Positions 24,611-36,072 of a DNA stretch of 64,000 nucleotides are shown here, piece by piece. Under the pieces are notes generated by a model that searched no databases, was not told where the DNA came from, and saw only the letters and a list, made by a program, of their open reading frames with translations. Source of the DNA: Mytilus edulis (taxonomy: Eukaryota). Within the stretch, counting starts at the first letter, position 1. Each line of letters begins with the position of its first letter. The stretch is taken from NCBI RefSeq assembly GCF_963676685.1, contig NC_092357.1, positions 17,050,001 to 17,114,000 of the forward strand, read 5' to 3'. The position numbers and the translations under genes were made by a program.

Positions 24611-27600
24611 CTTTGACGTAAGGGTATAAATGATAAATTTCCAACACCATTTGTTTGTAACCTTGAACCCCATGGTATCATGTGACTGATTGATTTTAAT
24701 ATATTTCAAAAAATTAAATGTGTTTTCACAAAAAATATAATAAAGTTAACTTATTTAAATTCCCACCAGCAGTGTGCGATGATTACACTTTGATCAGGGG
24801 AAAGGTATTGTGATGCATGGTTCGTAATGGTATTAAATGGATGCATACATTTAGATACATTCTAAACGGAATTTGTTTATAATAAATAGAACAGATGATA
24901 CTTAGTTTAAAACAGCGACCTAAAAAAAAAAACTACCCAACTAGTATTTGAACTTTATATAAACTTTATCATTAAAATATTGACATAAAACTACCAAAAA
25001 AAAAATAACAATTTGTTTTGTTGTCAATAATAAAGACCGTCTTTATAAATTTCTCACAAATTAGCTTGACCGTTAGTGACCATTAAACTTTAAGATCGCA
25101 GTTAACATCAAGATAATGAGAGTTTTACTTACATGTAACAAGGTCTACAAATGTGTCATTCACCTATGAGGCTTACAATCCGCGGTCCTTCTTTTTTGTA
25201 TTTCATAATTTTATTTGTGAAGTTTTCTTTCTTCTTTTTCATTTTTGTCCATTATTCTCCTTTCTTTATAGTATAGGTCCTATGTTTTGCTCTTTATATT
25301 GCATGTTTTTCGATTCGTCTGTTAACCCTTTAAGACCTTCATCTATCGATTCAATTAAAATATCATAGTAGTAGGGAATACGAATACGGATCGTTCAAAT
25401 AAATTGATTAATTGATTGGGGATTGCTTAACGACTTCCACATCAACAGCTTTCAAAATCAACGCAGAATGGCGATTTCTTGTTGGTATTCGGCATTATGT
25501 ATATGTCCGTTTCGATAAATTAGTGAAATTTAAATCATTAATTATTATTTCCTTTGTTTACTTCTGTAAGAAAGGCCTGGACGAGGAACCTTGAAATAAT
25601 TAGTCTTTGTGTATTTTATATAATAAAATAGGAAAAAGAACATATATATATATATACATATATAGACATATAGTTAACTATTGTGAATTTACTTTATTGA
25701 AAAAAAACACCGAAAAAACAACTTTCTATCTTTCTGTAGAATGTCTGATCTTTATTGTTTAATACTGTAGAGTGTGTATTAAGTATTGCGAGGGAAGAAT
25801 CTGTGATTTAAATTAAATTTCAAAAGGGAAAAAAAACCTCGGAAGAAAACATGTACTTCATTTTGTCCCGTAATCAAGCATATCATTTTAGATCAGATAG
25901 CGTTAAGATGTATTGTAACTTTTTATTTTAACAGGATGATTTATTTTTATGAGAACGCAAATTCAATAATTGACTTTAGTTTATTACTTTCTAATCGATT
26001 CCACGAATTTTGCAAATGGCATAAAACATGTGACTTTATCTAGTTTGTTGCCTTCTAAATGACTAAATGCATGGTTGGTTATATTTGAAGATTTCCGTTT
26101 AAATAACTTGACATGTTTGTATCTGAATTAATAAACAAAAAAACTTTTAAAGAGAGTACGCAATTTAACAGAAAAATGAATAAATAAGAGAAGTAAGCGT
26201 TTTGATTGTAAATGATTACAGGAAAAAACGTATGTAAACATATAAAGAATACATTTGTACCAGGATTAAAATTGGGAATGCTAGACGCATGCTTCGTCTA
26301 CTGAAGACTCTTCAGTGACGCTTGAATCATAAAAAGTGAAAAAGCCAAATAGGTAACGAAGTTGAACGACATAAAGTTATCTGTTCCTGTGGGAGAAAAT
26401 TATTTGTATTTAAACAAAAAATCATAGCCTTAATTTATATGTATGACCATATTCTTGATAATGCATGTCAAAACGAAAAAGCTGACTTCCCTGCTTGTAA
26501 TAGCCTCGGGTATATTTGAACAATCAGTACGTCATTGCAGTTCGATATGAGCGAAGCGCGTTCAACGAAGCTGAACAGTTATAAAGTTATATCGTATCTA
26601 CTCTGGTTTGGATTAAATCCTATTGATCCGTATGCTGTCATTCGAAAATAATTTTTCTTGTTGATATCATACCGTTGTAACCAAAATCTTCAAGATGTCC
26701 AATGTATTCATTAATCTAAGTTGTATCAATTAAACAAACAATCGGTTTGTCCTATACTTTTTGAAAAAGCCAGTTGCCAAATTCCTCTTAAAGTCAGCTA
26801 AATCTACCATTTGGATAACAAAAAATTGAATTTCCTTTAAAAAATTTAATTATCATCCTTATACTGACATTTGGAATATTTAATTTGGTTAGTAGCAGTT
26901 ATCGAAGAAGTTCAATCTTTAAAATGTCATCTCTATGTACTGACAAAAAAAATGAAATATTGGGGAGATTGTTGTATTGTCATAATGCTTAAGTAACAAA
27001 TATGCGTAAAAGAACATATATGCACGTGTCAATAAAGCCTTAAAAGGACATCATCCATTGAAGATCAAACGGTGACCTATTTTGGTAACTTCTAGGTCAT
27101 TTAGTATCTGATGGAGAGTTGTTATCCCTTGATATTATCCCAGATCTCCAACAATAGACAGGTGTAACTACAATATGCCAAGTCCTGTGAATGAATGTTT
27201 CACGGACAATAAAAGATCTGATGTCACAACAAAATCTTCAGATTGTAAACATTAAGATATCAAACAATGCAACCATTAACAATGCCCTTTACCCGTGACT
27301 AGCACTTATTTTTGGTTGTTGTTTTTTCCTGATCAAAACGTTCGTCCTTGTAAATCTCAAGATCTGTTGTACGCTACACTTGAAGATTATGATAAGGCTA
27401 TCGAAAGATTTGTCTGTATTATATATGGATACAATCGCCTTATGATCTTATGTTAATACTTTTATCTTTTATACTTCAGGGCATGCAGTAATAGTTATAC
27501 TCTTTATGAAACAAAGTGCTTAAGTTAAATACCTTTTAGGTGTGAAGGGTTTACAAAGCATTGATCAAAGCCCATTTTGTATGATGTGTAAAAATGTGAG

Positions 27601-28436
27601 CACAAACAACACTTTACATACCTTATAAATTACAACAAGAAGCATTAAATGCCTATACATACATGCTAAGAAATATGTTGAAACCATGATATTAATATTT
27701 ATTGTAAGCTTTTTGTTCGTTTTTCTTCTTCTATGCATTTTCCCAACGTTGAGACGAATAGCATTTACAGTCATAGCTGTTGTATTTTATGCCAAAAAAG
27801 AATATGATATTGGAGTACCTTGCAAATGTGGTCAGCCAATCAAAGGTACGGAATGAAATAAAATTATACATGTAGTATAAATATAAACAATGAACTATCA
27901 TCGTATTTTTTTAAACATACATGGTATGCAATGCTAGTATGTTACATTTGTCTACTATGCTCACAAAAGATAGTATTTGAAACAAACATACTTGACAGGG
28001 TACTAGTTTTAAGTGTAATGTTTCTCGTAAACTAAATAATCTTAACATTTTTATTTTTCTATTTTGGATTGTAATTTAGTGAATAGAACAAAACTGTTGA
28101 TTTTTACAAACATGTTTATTTAAACAGTTCCTGGTGTATGAAATATGAAAACCATGAAAGCATATATATATATACAACTCGTCTAAACATCAACCCAACA
28201 ATGTTAGATCAGTAAATTTGCTTTCGCAAATTTTCTGTTCTTCCCTCGCCGGGATTCGAACCCTTGCTACTGAGATATTGTGACACCAAATCGCCTGCAC
28301 TGTAGCCGTCCCGCTAGACCACACGACCACCTGGGCTTCATAAAAATGAAGCTTTCGTTGCCGGGTGTTACCTTTCCACGTCAGTTTTAATCTAGCGTCG
28401 TACTACAGTACATGATATATAAGGCATGAAGATGTT

Positions 28437-31400
28437 ATTCTTATTCATATTTCGCCTTCGGTCTCAAGTAATAAATTAGCTTAACTTCTCTATGAGGGGT
28501 GAAGCTTACATGTAATATCTCTGTTTAAAGAAACAAACTATAACCACATAGCTGGCCAGTGACCTTGACCCTAGTATATAAGCACCTGTTCCATAATAAC
28601 TTGTCATTATTTTTCTAGAGGGTGTGAAGTGAACACTTCACTTGAATTCTTTTTAGTTATTTTATTTTTATCTAAGATTTAGGGGAAAGTTACTAAAGAT
28701 ACATTTAACTTGTCTACGATGTACGACAAGTTCTAATGTTATTTTGTTAATTAGAAATAATAATTCCTCAATTGTCTACGATGTATGACAAGTGTTGATG
28801 GAAATGAATTTAAAAATTTCTTGTCTACGATGTATGACAAGTGTCGATGGAAATTAATTAAAATTTTTATTGTCTACGATGTATGACAATTTTATATATT
28901 CATTAAGTTTTTGCCTTAGTACGATGTACAGGCAGCACATTTGTTACTTATTTCATACTCCTGTTTGTTAAACAGGTAGATATTTAAAAGTATTTCTATT
29001 CACCTGAAGGTCGTGAGTACTCTTCAGAATTTACACGTGTTTTACCTGCACAGGTACACATTATTTTATTACAATGGCTGAATTTGATTATGCAAATGTA
29101 TTGCTTTTGCAAGATGTTTAGAATTATGTTTACACTTACAAGGGTGATGGCTATGATTTTCATCACCTCTGAGTTGTTTTAGAAATTAAAGATGATAAAT
29201 TTAATAGGAAAACAAGAGGTATTTTGAATAAATCCTCTTCTTAAACAGTTATAAAACCTAGTAGTTTTATAAAAGATCATAATGGCATTGCAGTTGGAAA
29301 TAATTGACAAAGCAACAGAACGAGTCAAAAGTAAGTTTTTAAATCTAGTGCTACTTGTATAGCTTCAAAATCTCCTTGATTTGTGAATTTTTCTCAAGAT
29401 AGTGCTGTTGAGATTTAAGATAGGCATGTATACATATTGATGCATTGACTCATTATTATTAATGTAGTAAAGAACATGTATGAATCATGAGGTTTGAGAC
29501 AGTTTCTCTGCCTTCAACTCAAGCAGAGTTTGTAGAGAAACCTGCTGCTTTATTCGAATTTTGCCATTAGAGGCTTACTTTAATGAAGATTTAGTTCTAA
29601 TTTTGATCTGAACTACTGTAATGATACTGTTCATGTACCTCCTTTTGGAGTTTGTGCCATGGCTGATGATAGTCCAGCCGGAACTGAATTTTGATATGTC
29701 TTTTGATCCTGCATTAAGGTTTTCAGAAGCCTTTAAGGCTTCTCTTAGTGAGATTAATGGTCCATTGTCTCATCCTGTTTGTTGAACAGTTTAATCATGA
29801 TTTTGCTTGGAAAATCCCTAAATTGTTTTAAAAAGGCAGAAAACTGTGTCTAAGTTTTCTTCTGGACTTTCTGTGACTGTTAATAATACTACCATGTCAG
29901 TAAATATCAAATCAGGAAAATATCAAGTTCATAGAGGAGTAATGCTATCACCCTGAGAACTGTGAGAATCCTAGTGTGTCTAGGATAAATAACAAGATTG
30001 AAATGGCACTGCCTAGACAGGCCCACTATGTGGTTTCAAAGATGCAGGAAACCCAGAGATACTTTATTAAGGGGTTGATCATCACCCCTATTGTTGAGGA
30101 TTTTATTGTAAAATTCTATTTGTTTGTTTGACCATGGGTTTCTATTTAAACGCATAGGAGATGCTCAGAAATATCTAGTTGATAAAACTTATTTGTAATT
30201 CTGATGTGATAGTTGATTTATCACGTTTTTAGCTATGATTGCATGAAGCAAACTTGGTGATTATACAAAGATTCTAAAGCAAATTCTAGATTCCTTGGAA
30301 GAGGTTCCAGGTCTAGCAATAATTTGTTTACTCCCAGCTGTTATGGGAAAGGCAATATCAGTCTTTTAACTGCGGAGGCTCTGTTGGTCAACAGGGCGTA
30401 TACTAGTAGGCAATTCCCTTCATTGAGAGGGAGAGGTTTCCCAAAAGGGAACAGAGAATCTCAGAGGGGTCACATTTCTCAACCAGTTGCTATATACAGT
30501 AGATAACTTTAAAAATATTATGATTTGGAAAATGTTACTAATGATATATTGATATTAGATTTAATAAGAAATGGTTATAAAATTATTTTTAATGATGTAC
30601 CACATATTTGAATAAAATACATTTCACCTTTCATAAGGATGAAATAATTTCAGAAGTCCAAAAATTGATAGCTAAGGGAGCTATTTAAGAGGTTGATCGA
30701 TCATTGGAAAATCAGTTTATTTCCTATATTTTCTTAGTTCCTGAGAAAGATGGGTCTTCAAGGCCTGTTACCTATTTGAAAAATTCAAACAAACTTAGCT
30801 TGTGGCTAATCAGCATTTGGAGCAGGACCATTTATCTTTTGTTTAGATGTAATTCTTAGGGATGATTATCTATATATATATATAGAGAGAGAGAGCTAAC
30901 ATCTATAGATCTCACAGATGCATATTTAAGTATCATTTTGATTATATCACAATTTCCTGATTCATGTGGAAAGGACATTGATATGATATTTATGTTCTTT
31001 GTTTTGGATTGGCTTCTGCATCAAGAGTTTTTACTAAGGTTTCAAAACCTGTCTATGTATTTTTATGAAATAATGTCACTTGAATTAAGTATATACATGC
31101 TATAGTTTATACATTGATGATTCTTTTATTATGGATCAGAATTTAGATGGTTGTATTGTGAATACAGAAGAAGTGGTGTAAATGCTTGATAAGCTGTGCT
31201 TCGGAATAAATTTTGAGAAGTTGGTACTCATTCCTTGGAAGCACATTGTTTTCCTTTGTCTCATTATTGATACTGAGCTATTTAAATTTTTTCTGACAGA
31301 TGAGAAATGGTAAAATTATCTCCCTTGGGAAATTCTTCTTAAATAGAATTGTGTAACTGTATTATAGATGATTTGCATCATATATTGGTTTTGTGTCACA

Positions 31401-33837
31401 TGCTTTTAATGCAGTATCTGTGGGAATGTTGCAGAAACATGGCGAGAAATAATGTTGAAACACTGTATAGTTGTTACAGTGTTTATTATCATCAATCTAT
31501 AGGTGAAATTTTTAACAATTTAAATCAGAAATTAAGAATTGATTTTTAGACCCATCCAAATAAGTTTTTGGATTGGACCAGATGCCTCATTAGAAGGATT
31601 TGGGATCCAAATTTGAAGAAAATTTTTCTGTTGGTAGATGGAGCTTAAGAACATGGGCTCATTTCATATAGATTTCTTAGAATTGTTGGCTATATTTTTC
31701 TTTTGGAGAGAAGTTTTTAGTCACAGAGAGTTATACAATCAGAAAATACAATTTCAGTAGCATTTATTATGCAATAGGAGGTATAACCTCTTTGTCATTT
31801 TTAAAACATGCTTACTACAAATATTCATTATTTGGGCTTGGTGTTCAAGAAAGAACATTTTTATCATAGCTCTTTATATTCCTGGTAAGAAAATTTTGAT
31901 GCTTATCATATGTCTAAAAAATTTACAGATTCAACAGGATGGCAATTGAAAGAAGATATATTTGTTTTGTTGTTATCACGTTTTCATTTTCAAATCTGTA
32001 GATAATTGATTAGTTGTCTTTTGACCAACAAGCTCCTTTCAGAGATGTTTGTACTTTTCATGGTCAGATTTAAGACCTTATATTTTCCCATCTTTTTCAT
32101 TGTTGGGGATAATTATAAAGGAAATTATTAGTGATAAAGTTCAGAAGGCTCTTTTGATTATTCCTTTTGGTCTGCTCAGAGTTGGTTTTCTTTGCTAATA
32201 CCAATTTTAATTTATTTGACAGTTAAAAGTTCTGCTAAACATAAAAGTTAGTAACAATGTTACATACCTGAAGAATGCCTTTCCGTCAGGAAGAGATTTG
32301 ATTTAACTGTGTATTCACTATTGTAAAAAATATAAGTGAACCAACACCTGAAGGGTTGATTGTGCGGTAGGGTAAAAACGTGTGTATTATATTCAGAAAT
32401 CACTTTAATATAAACAGGAGATTTCAGAATCATTTGTAAAATATATTTACACTTAATCTTGGAGATCATTCATCTATGATCAAGCATTATCAATATTTTT
32501 TGAGAAATTTATTATTTGGTGTGTTCAAAGAGAACCAATTCCTTATCACCATCTAAAAAAGGATGTTATTGATTATTGTAAATTTTTTGTAAAACACAAG
32601 CTTTTCATATTCAGCATGTTTAATGTGAATTTTACTTGTTTTATGTTGAAACAGACTTGATCCTTTAAGAAGTAGATGTTACTAAATTTGTTGGTTTACT
32701 ACATGCATATGTGAAAGGTTGCTTAAGCCTGAATCTGCAATTGAAGAGTTAGATACTCTTTCACTGTGGAGATGAATTTAGTGCTATCTTTTTAAGTTCT
32801 TTATATTCATTAGAGGATTTTACATTGAAGACTGTCTTTTATACTTGTGTCTTTATTTGCCTTGACTAAAACTGCCAAAGTACAATCTTTATCAGCTGTA
32901 GATTTATTCTATGTTTTTCATTCAGAGACATGGCACTTTATTTTTTCATATACATGAGTTTTTGAAAAATACTAGATCTGTTAGTTAGTCTACCTATTAA
33001 TGAGGTGATCAAGGGTTTTGATAAACCAAAACTTTGTGTTGTTAGACAATGATTTATCATGTTTTGTGTACAAAATATGTGAGAGAATTCATCTAAGTCT
33101 TTTCGTAAAGTTTAGATAGTTAGAGAGAGTTCTAATTTTAGCTGAGGTTTTAATGTTTACTCATTTAGAGGAACTTCTTCATAAGTGCATTTAGCTTCAG
33201 GATGTTCTATTAAAGACATTATGGCAACAGCTTAGTCTGGACATATGATAAAACTTTTTATAAGTTCTATAAAAGGGAAAGTGAATAATATCAGTACTAA
33301 AACACTTTTCTTCAGTTGTAGTTACTGGATGATCTTGTGATTTCTATGCTTTATTAAATGTTGGCATTTATAAAAATTGTTTTTAGTTTGTGTCTACACT
33401 TTAAACAAGCTAATTTATTACTTGAGACCGAAGGCGAAATATGAATAAGAATGTTCCTTCATCCAAGCATATCTTGGATGTGCAGGATGAAGGTCATTCT
33501 TAGAATATGAGCCTGAGGCTCGAAAGTAATTAATTCCCACCCTATGGATTATCAGTCTGAGACCCACCCTTTTTCCAATGGGTTTTATATTTGGTGGACA
33601 CAAACTTGCTTTAAATTATGACAAGTTATTATGGAACAGGTGCTTATATACTAGGGTCAAGGTCACTGGCCAGCTATGTGGTTATAGTTTGTTTCTTTAA
33701 ACAGAGATATTACATGTAAGCTTCACCCCTCATAGAGAAGTTAAGCTAATTTATTACTTTCGAGCCTCAGGCTCATATTCTAAGAATGACCTTCATCCTG
33801 CACATCCAAGATATGCTTGGATGAAGGAACATTCTTA
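28437..33837 (+). mobile_element. DIRS1-type tyrosine-recombinase retrotransposon, full length, coding-defective
   Basis: Left ITR 28437-28607; right ITR 33618-33759 is the exact reverse complement of 28476-28607; right extension to 33837; ICR about 33408-33531 is complementary to both ends. Decayed motifs: RT FLVPEKDGSSRPV, DLTDAY, FGLASASRVFTK, YIDD; RNase H DASLEGFG, LELLAI, IPGK; MT-like PYIFP..W.AQSWF; YR SFRGTSS and DIMATA..KTF.KFY. Confidence 0.93.
28710..28934 (+). repeat. Array of five TACGATGTA-loop hairpins in the DIRS leader
   Basis: TTGTCTACGATGTAYGACAA at 28710, 28772, 28821 and 28870; variant TGCCT-TA-GTACGATGTAC-AGGCA at 28912. Confidence 0.85.
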
Positions 33838-34076
33838 CAGATCAGCTAAATTATCTATAGTAAAGGATCATACAAATTAATGTAAGATACAGTCACAGAA
33901 AATAATTATATTTATAAGTACGTCTGATCCAGTGACAACTCTACAGCAGATTTATCCGTCGGATCACCAGCAGTGATGGTGATACATGGCTGTGTACATT
34001 ATGTATATACAACTATTCTAAACATCAACCCAACAATGTTAGATCAGTAAATTTGCTTTCGCAAATTTTTTGTTCT

Positions 34077-34171
34077 TCCCTCGCCGGGATTCGAACCCAT
34101 GCTACTGAGATATCGTGACACCAAATTGACTGCACTGTAGCCGTCCCGCTAGACCACACGACCACCTGGGC
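34077..34171 (-). other. tRNA-derived (Leu/Ser-like, long variable arm) Pol III head; not a functional tRNA; other copies at 28242-28336 and about 34518-34612
   Basis: A and B boxes are present but the acceptor stem does not pair. Confidence 0.6.
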
Positions 34172-34726
34172 TTCATAAAAATGAAGCTTTCGGTGGCCGG
34201 GTGTTACCTTTCCACGTCAGTTTTAATCTAGCGTCGTACTACAGTACATGATATTCAAGGCATGAAGATGTTATTCTTACAGATCAGCTAAATTATCTAT
34301 AGTAAAGGATCCTACAAATTAATGTAAGATACAGTCACAGAAAATAATTATATTTAAAAGTACGTCTGAGCCAGTGACAACTCTACAAAAGATTTATCCA
34401 TCGGATCACTAGCAGTGATGGTGATACATGGATGTGTACATTATGTATATACAACTCGTCTAAACATCAACCCGACAATGTTAGATCTGTAAATTTGCTT
34501 TCGCAAATTTTTGTTCTTCCTTCGCTGGGATTCGAACCCATGCTACTGAGATATCGTGACACCAAATCGCCTGCATTGTAGCCGTCCCGCTAGACCACAC
34601 GACCACCTGGGCTTCATAAAAATGAAGCTTTCGGTGGCCGGATGTTACCTTTCCACGTCAGTTTTAATCTATCGTCGTACTACAGTACATGATATATAAG
34701 GCATGAAGATGTTATTCTTATATATC

Positions 34727-34729
<3 letters not shown>

Positions 34730-34770
<41 letters not shown>
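34730..34770. repeat. (TA)n microsatellite
   Basis: Read directly from the sequence. Confidence 0.95.
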
Positions 34771-34772
<2 letters not shown>

Positions 34773-35129
34773 AACGAGATTAAACTCCAAACTGTTTAAA
34801 TAACTGAAATGATTTATTGCAACTATTATTAGCATCAAACATGTACTACATCATTCCCAAATATTCTATATTGGGTTCAATGCATTCAATGTATTGAAAT
34901 CAAAACTCAAATTTATCCTTAATACCATTCAATATGAATGGCTATAAATTAAATTTCTTTCAACAGCAAGGGCTGCGTGTGGTTATACTTACTAATGCAA
35001 TTAAAATGGTTCTTTCAGCAGGTGGGCTGATGATTGTTCATACCATTTGATTCCGTCAAATACTGCCGATTTCATCAAATGATATGAACCTGAAATGATG
35101 CTTTGTGTTTAACTACTGCACAAGTCGGG

Positions 35130-35672
35130 TTTTTACCGCACCATATATCGTGCCTGTTCCAAGTCAACCTTACCACACATTGTGACTGCTCTAAGTAGGA
35201 TTTCAACCGCACAATATGCTGTGCCTGTTCCAAAATCAACTTTAAACGACCACATGGCGCGTCTGTTCTGAATCAGTTTTCAACTGGACCACAGATTGTG
35301 CCTGTTCATTTATAGCACAACATGTTGGGCCTGTTCCAAGGCGGATTTTGACTGCACCACTTGTTTGGTATTTTCCAAGTCAGATTTCAACCACACGACA
35401 TGTTGTGCCTATTCCAAATCGGGCTATAATCGCATCACATGTTGTGCCTGTTCAAAACCGGATTTTAACCACTCTGCATGTTGTGTCTGTTCCAAGTGTT
35501 TTTTTAGCCGGACCACATGTTGTGCCTGTTCTTAATCGGTATTTAATCACACATGTTTTGCCTGCCTCAAGTCGGTTTTGAATCGCAAAACATGTTGTGC
35601 CTTTTCAAAATCGGGCTTTAATCGCACCACATATTGTGCAGGTTCCAATCTGGACTTTGACCATACCACATT
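35130..35672 (+). repeat. Degenerate ~39-bp minisatellite, about 14 units
   Basis: Consensus approximately accacatgttgtgcctgttccaagtcagattttaaccgc. Confidence 0.85.
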
Positions 35673-35761
35673 TTACTGGTGTCCAAACACAACACTTTTT
35701 TATTTTAAATTAAACTTAATTGGTTACACTTCAGATAAATAATATTGTTGAACATAAAAAT

Positions 35762-36072
35762 ATAAAAAAGAAGATGTGGTATGATTGCCAATGAGACAAC
35801 TATTCACAAAAGACCAAAATGACACAGACATTAACAACTATAGGTCACCGTACGGCCTTCAACAATGTGCAAAGCTCATACCGCATAGTCAGCTATAAAA
35901 GGCCCCGATAAGACAATGTAAAACAATTCAAACGAGAAAACTAACGGCATTATTTATGTAAAAAAATGAACAAAAAACAAATATGTAACACATAAACAAA
36001 CGACAACCACTGAATATACAGGCTCCTGACTTGGGACAGGCACATATATAAATAATGTGGCGGGGTTAAAAA
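35762..36072 (-). repeat. Abundant interspersed SINE-like repeat (core AACCCGCC..CCTGTCCCAAGTCAGG); related copies at about 17650-17830, 22610-22870, 37150-37400, 39070-39335 and 58560-58735
   Basis: Multiple mutually similar copies within this window; resembles Nin/Deu-domain mollusc SINEs (family name inferred). Confidence 0.7.

Larger units (their letters stand above)
28174..34720 (-). repeat. ~442-bp tRNA-like tandem repeat (about 2.6 units) flanked by (TA)n and interrupted by the DIRS element
   Basis: Units start at 28174, 34009 and 34451 and are near-identical. Minus strand has A-box-like TGGTCGTGTGG and B-box GGTTCGAATCC. (TA)n at 28162-28174 and about 34730-34770. Confidence 0.85.

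Noticed and set aside
25130-27850. Coding-looking patches upstream of the protease gene
   Set aside because: No consistent reading frame or family motif could be established by eye.
28710-28934. CRISPR-like array (20-bp palindromic repeats, 29-42-nt spacers)
   Set aside because: Eukaryotic retrotransposon context, no cas genes, and spacers 2 and 3 are near-duplicates; better explained as a structured tandem repeat.
34077-34171. Functional tRNA genes (three copies)
   Set aside because: The acceptor stem does not pair, the central region is over-long, and the copies are part of a mobile tandem unit.
35296-35581. Cys-rich or HVVP-repeat ORFs as real genes
   Set aside because: By-products of the 39-bp minisatellite; non-ATG starts, and neighbouring units break the frame.
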